A stretch of 64,000 nt of DNA from Paragordius varius (Eukaryota > Animalia > Nematomorpha), in the NCBI GenBank assembly GCA_964247055.1, contig OZ176054.1, forward strand, positions 4,340,001 through 4,404,000, in the 5' to 3' direction. Positions 55,296 to 64,000 of this stretch are shown here, in pieces. A program made the position numbers and the translations under genes. Position 1 is the stretch's first letter; every line of letters starts with the position of its first letter. The notes under the pieces are model-generated. The model was given only the letters and a program-made list of their open reading frames with translations, was not told where the DNA came from and ran no database searches.

Positions 55296-56497
55296 CACTG
55301 CGTCCAAAACGGGGGGTATCAAAAAATAAGTTGATGAAATATATTTATTCTGATAGGAAAATGTATCAGGATTATCTGGTGCTTTTGGTTTTGGCCCTTA
55401 CGGATGTAATAAAGTTATTTACACTTTTGTGAGAAGTGCTCAGAAGATGGCAAAATTTGCGCACATTTTTAAATCAAATTTGGTGAAACCTATGCTTCAT
55501 TGCAAAAAATATCACTAATATATATAATAAACTGCATATTAAAAGCAAAAAAATATTTTTGAATATTTTAATTTTTAAATGTGGGCTCCGAAAGTCTCAA
55601 CTTTTTTCGCTCTTCTAAAACGAGCTAGTTTTTTTAAATAAACGAAAAAATGCGGGGATTGCGCGATAAAATTTCTAATATATGCTAAATTTTGACATCA
55701 TTGAAAATTAATTTTAAAAACATGCATCTTTTTACAAAAATTTAATTTTTGCCATTTTGTTGAGGTCGACTTCATATTATTCTTTTGCCTAGTGGAAACG
55801 GTTTAAAAGCGCTTTAAGATATTATAAAAACACTTTTTCAATATAATTTAGTGACGCTAAACATTTCTATCATTTCAGAATTTTGATTATAAGGTTCGTT
55901 TACTTTCATTAATTTATATTAATAAATATACGGGCGAACGAATATTAATTAAAGGCTATAGAAGAGTTCAACATCATCAAATATTCAGTAAAAGTTTTTT
56001 TATAATATCTTAAAACGTTTTTACACCGTTTCTCTTATGCCTAAAAACAGGATGAAGTACGCTACAACAAAACTTCACAAAAAGTGATTTCTGAAAAAAG
56101 TATGGAATTTTCTATACTTTTTATGTCAAAATTTAGAATATTTAAAAATTTTATCGCACAATCTGGCATTTTCGTGAATTTTTAAAACACTAGCCCATTT
56201 TAGAAGAGCGAAAATTGGGACTTTCGGAGCCTAAATCTAAAGTATTTTAAAACATTGTTTTGTGTTTTACAGGTAGTATATGATATATTTTTGTGATTTT
56301 TGAAATACAAATCTGGCTTTCACAAAAAAAAATATTTGAAGAAATGTGTTGCCATTTTCTGATATGGAGCACTTACCAAAAAATGTAAATAGCTTTCTTA
56401 TCACTCGTAAGGGCTGAAACCAAGGCATCATGATAATCCTGATACATTTTCATATCAGAATATATATATTCCATCAGGTTATTTTTTTGTGACAGTG
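55296..56497. mobile_element. Palindromic MITE family A, most complete copy (1.2 kb)
   Basis: The ends are CACTGCGTCCAAAACGGGGGGTA and ...GACAGTG|TA (the right TIR is partly deleted). Inverted arms cover almost the whole element. Confidence 0.85.
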
Positions 56498-57384
56498 TAA
56501 TGGGCTAATGTCCTTACATCAATTCCGAGATAACAAATGAAGCCCGCTGCTTTAAAAAATATTCTGGTGACACCCATTTTATGGTTTGAAGCATGCTGGG
56601 AATGATGTACACACTTTCAAATATTAAGAATTTTTCTCATTTTTTATATCAATTATTATAAATAGAAATTAAAATTACATTAAAAAAATTAAGCAAAAAA
56701 CTTAAAATTTTAAGGAAGGGTTGACGTAGTCACCATATTTATGACCATTACACTAGTCGACAAATTTGGACATTTTTGAGCACTACCACTCAAACTTTTA
56801 AATTATGACTAATTTCAGTGTTTTAAAACCGAATGTGAAAAAATTTTTGATCCCGCCAATCAGAATTTTGAAATTTTATAGGTTTTTCAATTTTTCAAAA
56901 ACAAGAGAAAATCGAGAGAAAATTAAATATAACTTTATAATAAAATGTTATTATATTATAAACTTAATATCATTAAATAAAGCGTTTTAAACTCTATCTT
57001 TTGAATATAAATATGTCATTTAAATATCAGAGAGAAAAAAATAGTACGGACTTAAACGTCAAAATTAAGTCTTTTTCTTTCAAGTGAATTTTTAATACGT
57101 ATAAAAAAATTTTAGAAAAATACTAAAAAAGGGATTCTATGGTTTAAACCTTCGGCTTTCAAATAGGCTATATTTTTTTTGTTAGTTTTCGTTTTTTCGA
57201 GTACTTATTAGGCTTTTTTTCTTGAGTTGGTTCTTACAAAAAATCCTTTATTTATACCTAGTGGATATACTTTATTTTTTAAAATTATTGGTTGTTTTGT
57301 ATTTTTAATTTCAGATGGATGTTGTGTAGCCACTTTTAGTAGAATTTACTATTATGGGATTGGACCATTTGTATTTACCTAATC

Positions 57385-58300
57385 TTTTTATTCAATTAAA
57401 TTGTAGAATTTATCTAACTTTATTCTGTGAATTGGTTAATTTGACATGTCAATTTGCCTGGATTTTGCTTGCAAATCTCTCTTATCGGGCTTTACGATTA
57501 CTTATTGTTATCTTTGCTATATCTGGCATAATCGCTAGGGGGATATGCAGAGCTTGTGCAGCCGCCCGGATCTATCACACTATACATAAGCCCCTTTTAT
57601 CTTTTTAATACTTTGGCTCTTAGATTGTTTAGTATCTTATTTAATGCCTAGAATTTTGTTATTCATGCATGGAATATTACTTGTATCGACTTGTTCGTCT
57701 GAATATTTAAACATATGTACACGAGGAATGATTGTTATTTTTAAATTAAATACAAATTTAAGAATTAAATTTCGGAAAAATCCTATTGGTGGCCTCAATT
57801 TTGTTTTTTGTTTTGGCCTTTGCATGCCATTAGGTATGGGAAAATGCAAAAATAATGGGGTGGTGCAAAACCCTGTTGAGCAGTGTTATTTATTTATTAA
57901 AATTTTTAATTATTTATATATACGGAGAAAAATATGTCCAAATTTGCTAAACAGCTATGGAATATTTATCTGTATAATAGGGTGGATCCTTGAGACAAGG
58001 AAAATATTTTTTTCGGTCTTTATATTGTGATAAGTCGCACTGTCCTAATGCTGAAATCTTCGGCATCATTAAGTGTATAAAATAATACTTTTGGATGTAA
58101 CCGTTTTAGCATGCTTAAAATACCATCAAATACGCTTTATTAAGAAAAATTATCCTTAAAATGGGAAAAACTGATAAAAAATGTTTGGATTTATCCTTTG
58201 CCCCATGTCTTTTATGTTTATTTTATAACAAAAAAATTTTACCAAACCAATACATATCGCTTGTCATCACTCTAACTAGGCTACAGAAAATCTGGGCCAT
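57385..58300 (-). CDS. Hypothetical small multi-exon gene, divergent from aconitase; product unknown and exon model ambiguous
   Basis: From ATG 58300, phase-compatible GT-AG splicing gives MAQIFCSLVRVMTSDMYWFDMGQRINPNIFYHVFDGILSMLKRLHPK..., LFSKFGHIFLRFCTTPLFLHFPIPNGMQRPKQKTKLRPP... and ALNKILNNLRAKIRAAAQALHIPLAIMPDIAK. The middle and last exons have several possible solutions. Confidence 0.45.
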
Positions 58301-58709
58301 AGTTAGTAGATTAAGTATTGTTTAATAGCAAATTTGTTTTTATGTAAATAAATCTATTAGTATATTGGAATATGCAAAAACTTTTTTGGTTAACGTTTTA
58401 TTTTTAGGCGATATTGTGCATAACTTACATGTTGGTTTTTTTAAAATCATGTATACCATTAGACATGGTACATTTATGCAACTAGAATTCGGTCTGTACC
58501 ATTTACGTAAAAATTAAGTAAAAAACTCAAAGTAATATTTTTTATAAGATAATTTACGTTATATTCTGAATTGTAATTATTAATTTTCTTTTGATAAAAC
58601 TTTGTATATTTTATTAGATGAATATTTAAAATTTAATATATATGTTATAATAACTATTCTATCAGAATATTTTTCTGTGCTGCTGATACACATTATGGCA
58701 TTCTAACAC

Positions 58710-64000
<5,291 letters not shown>

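Overview
Very AT-rich, intron-rich animal genomic DNA; there is no prokaryotic signal and no CRISPR array. I could hand-splice seven genes: calcineurin A (+), a secreted cuticlin-type ZP-domain protein with an unusual Cys-rich N-terminal module (+), a Myo1C-like class I myosin with an atypical tail (-), OPA1 (-), a receptor guanylyl cyclase with degenerate catalytic motifs (+, 5' end unresolved), a class 2-type semaphorin (+) and mitochondrial aconitase (+, runs off the window). A small unidentified gene (-) may lie head-to-head with aconitase. Introns fall into two size classes: tiny 22-35 nt GT-AG introns, and introns of 0.2-2 kb, the longer ones holding transposons. Mobile DNA is abundant: a frameshifted Ty3/gypsy element (LTR and PBS visible) apparently inserted in a palindromic MITE, a decayed mariner, a 4.7 kb hAT element with a perfect 8-bp TSD whose transposase is split by a concatemeric Helitron, a monomer of the same Helitron, several MITE families and an RTE LINE fragment. 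The tiny introns plus Sema2 and cuticlin-type genes suggest a genome-compacted invertebrate such as a dicyemid or orthonectid, or possibly a myxozoan; this is inference only. All protein family calls rest on my recall of motifs, not on database searches.
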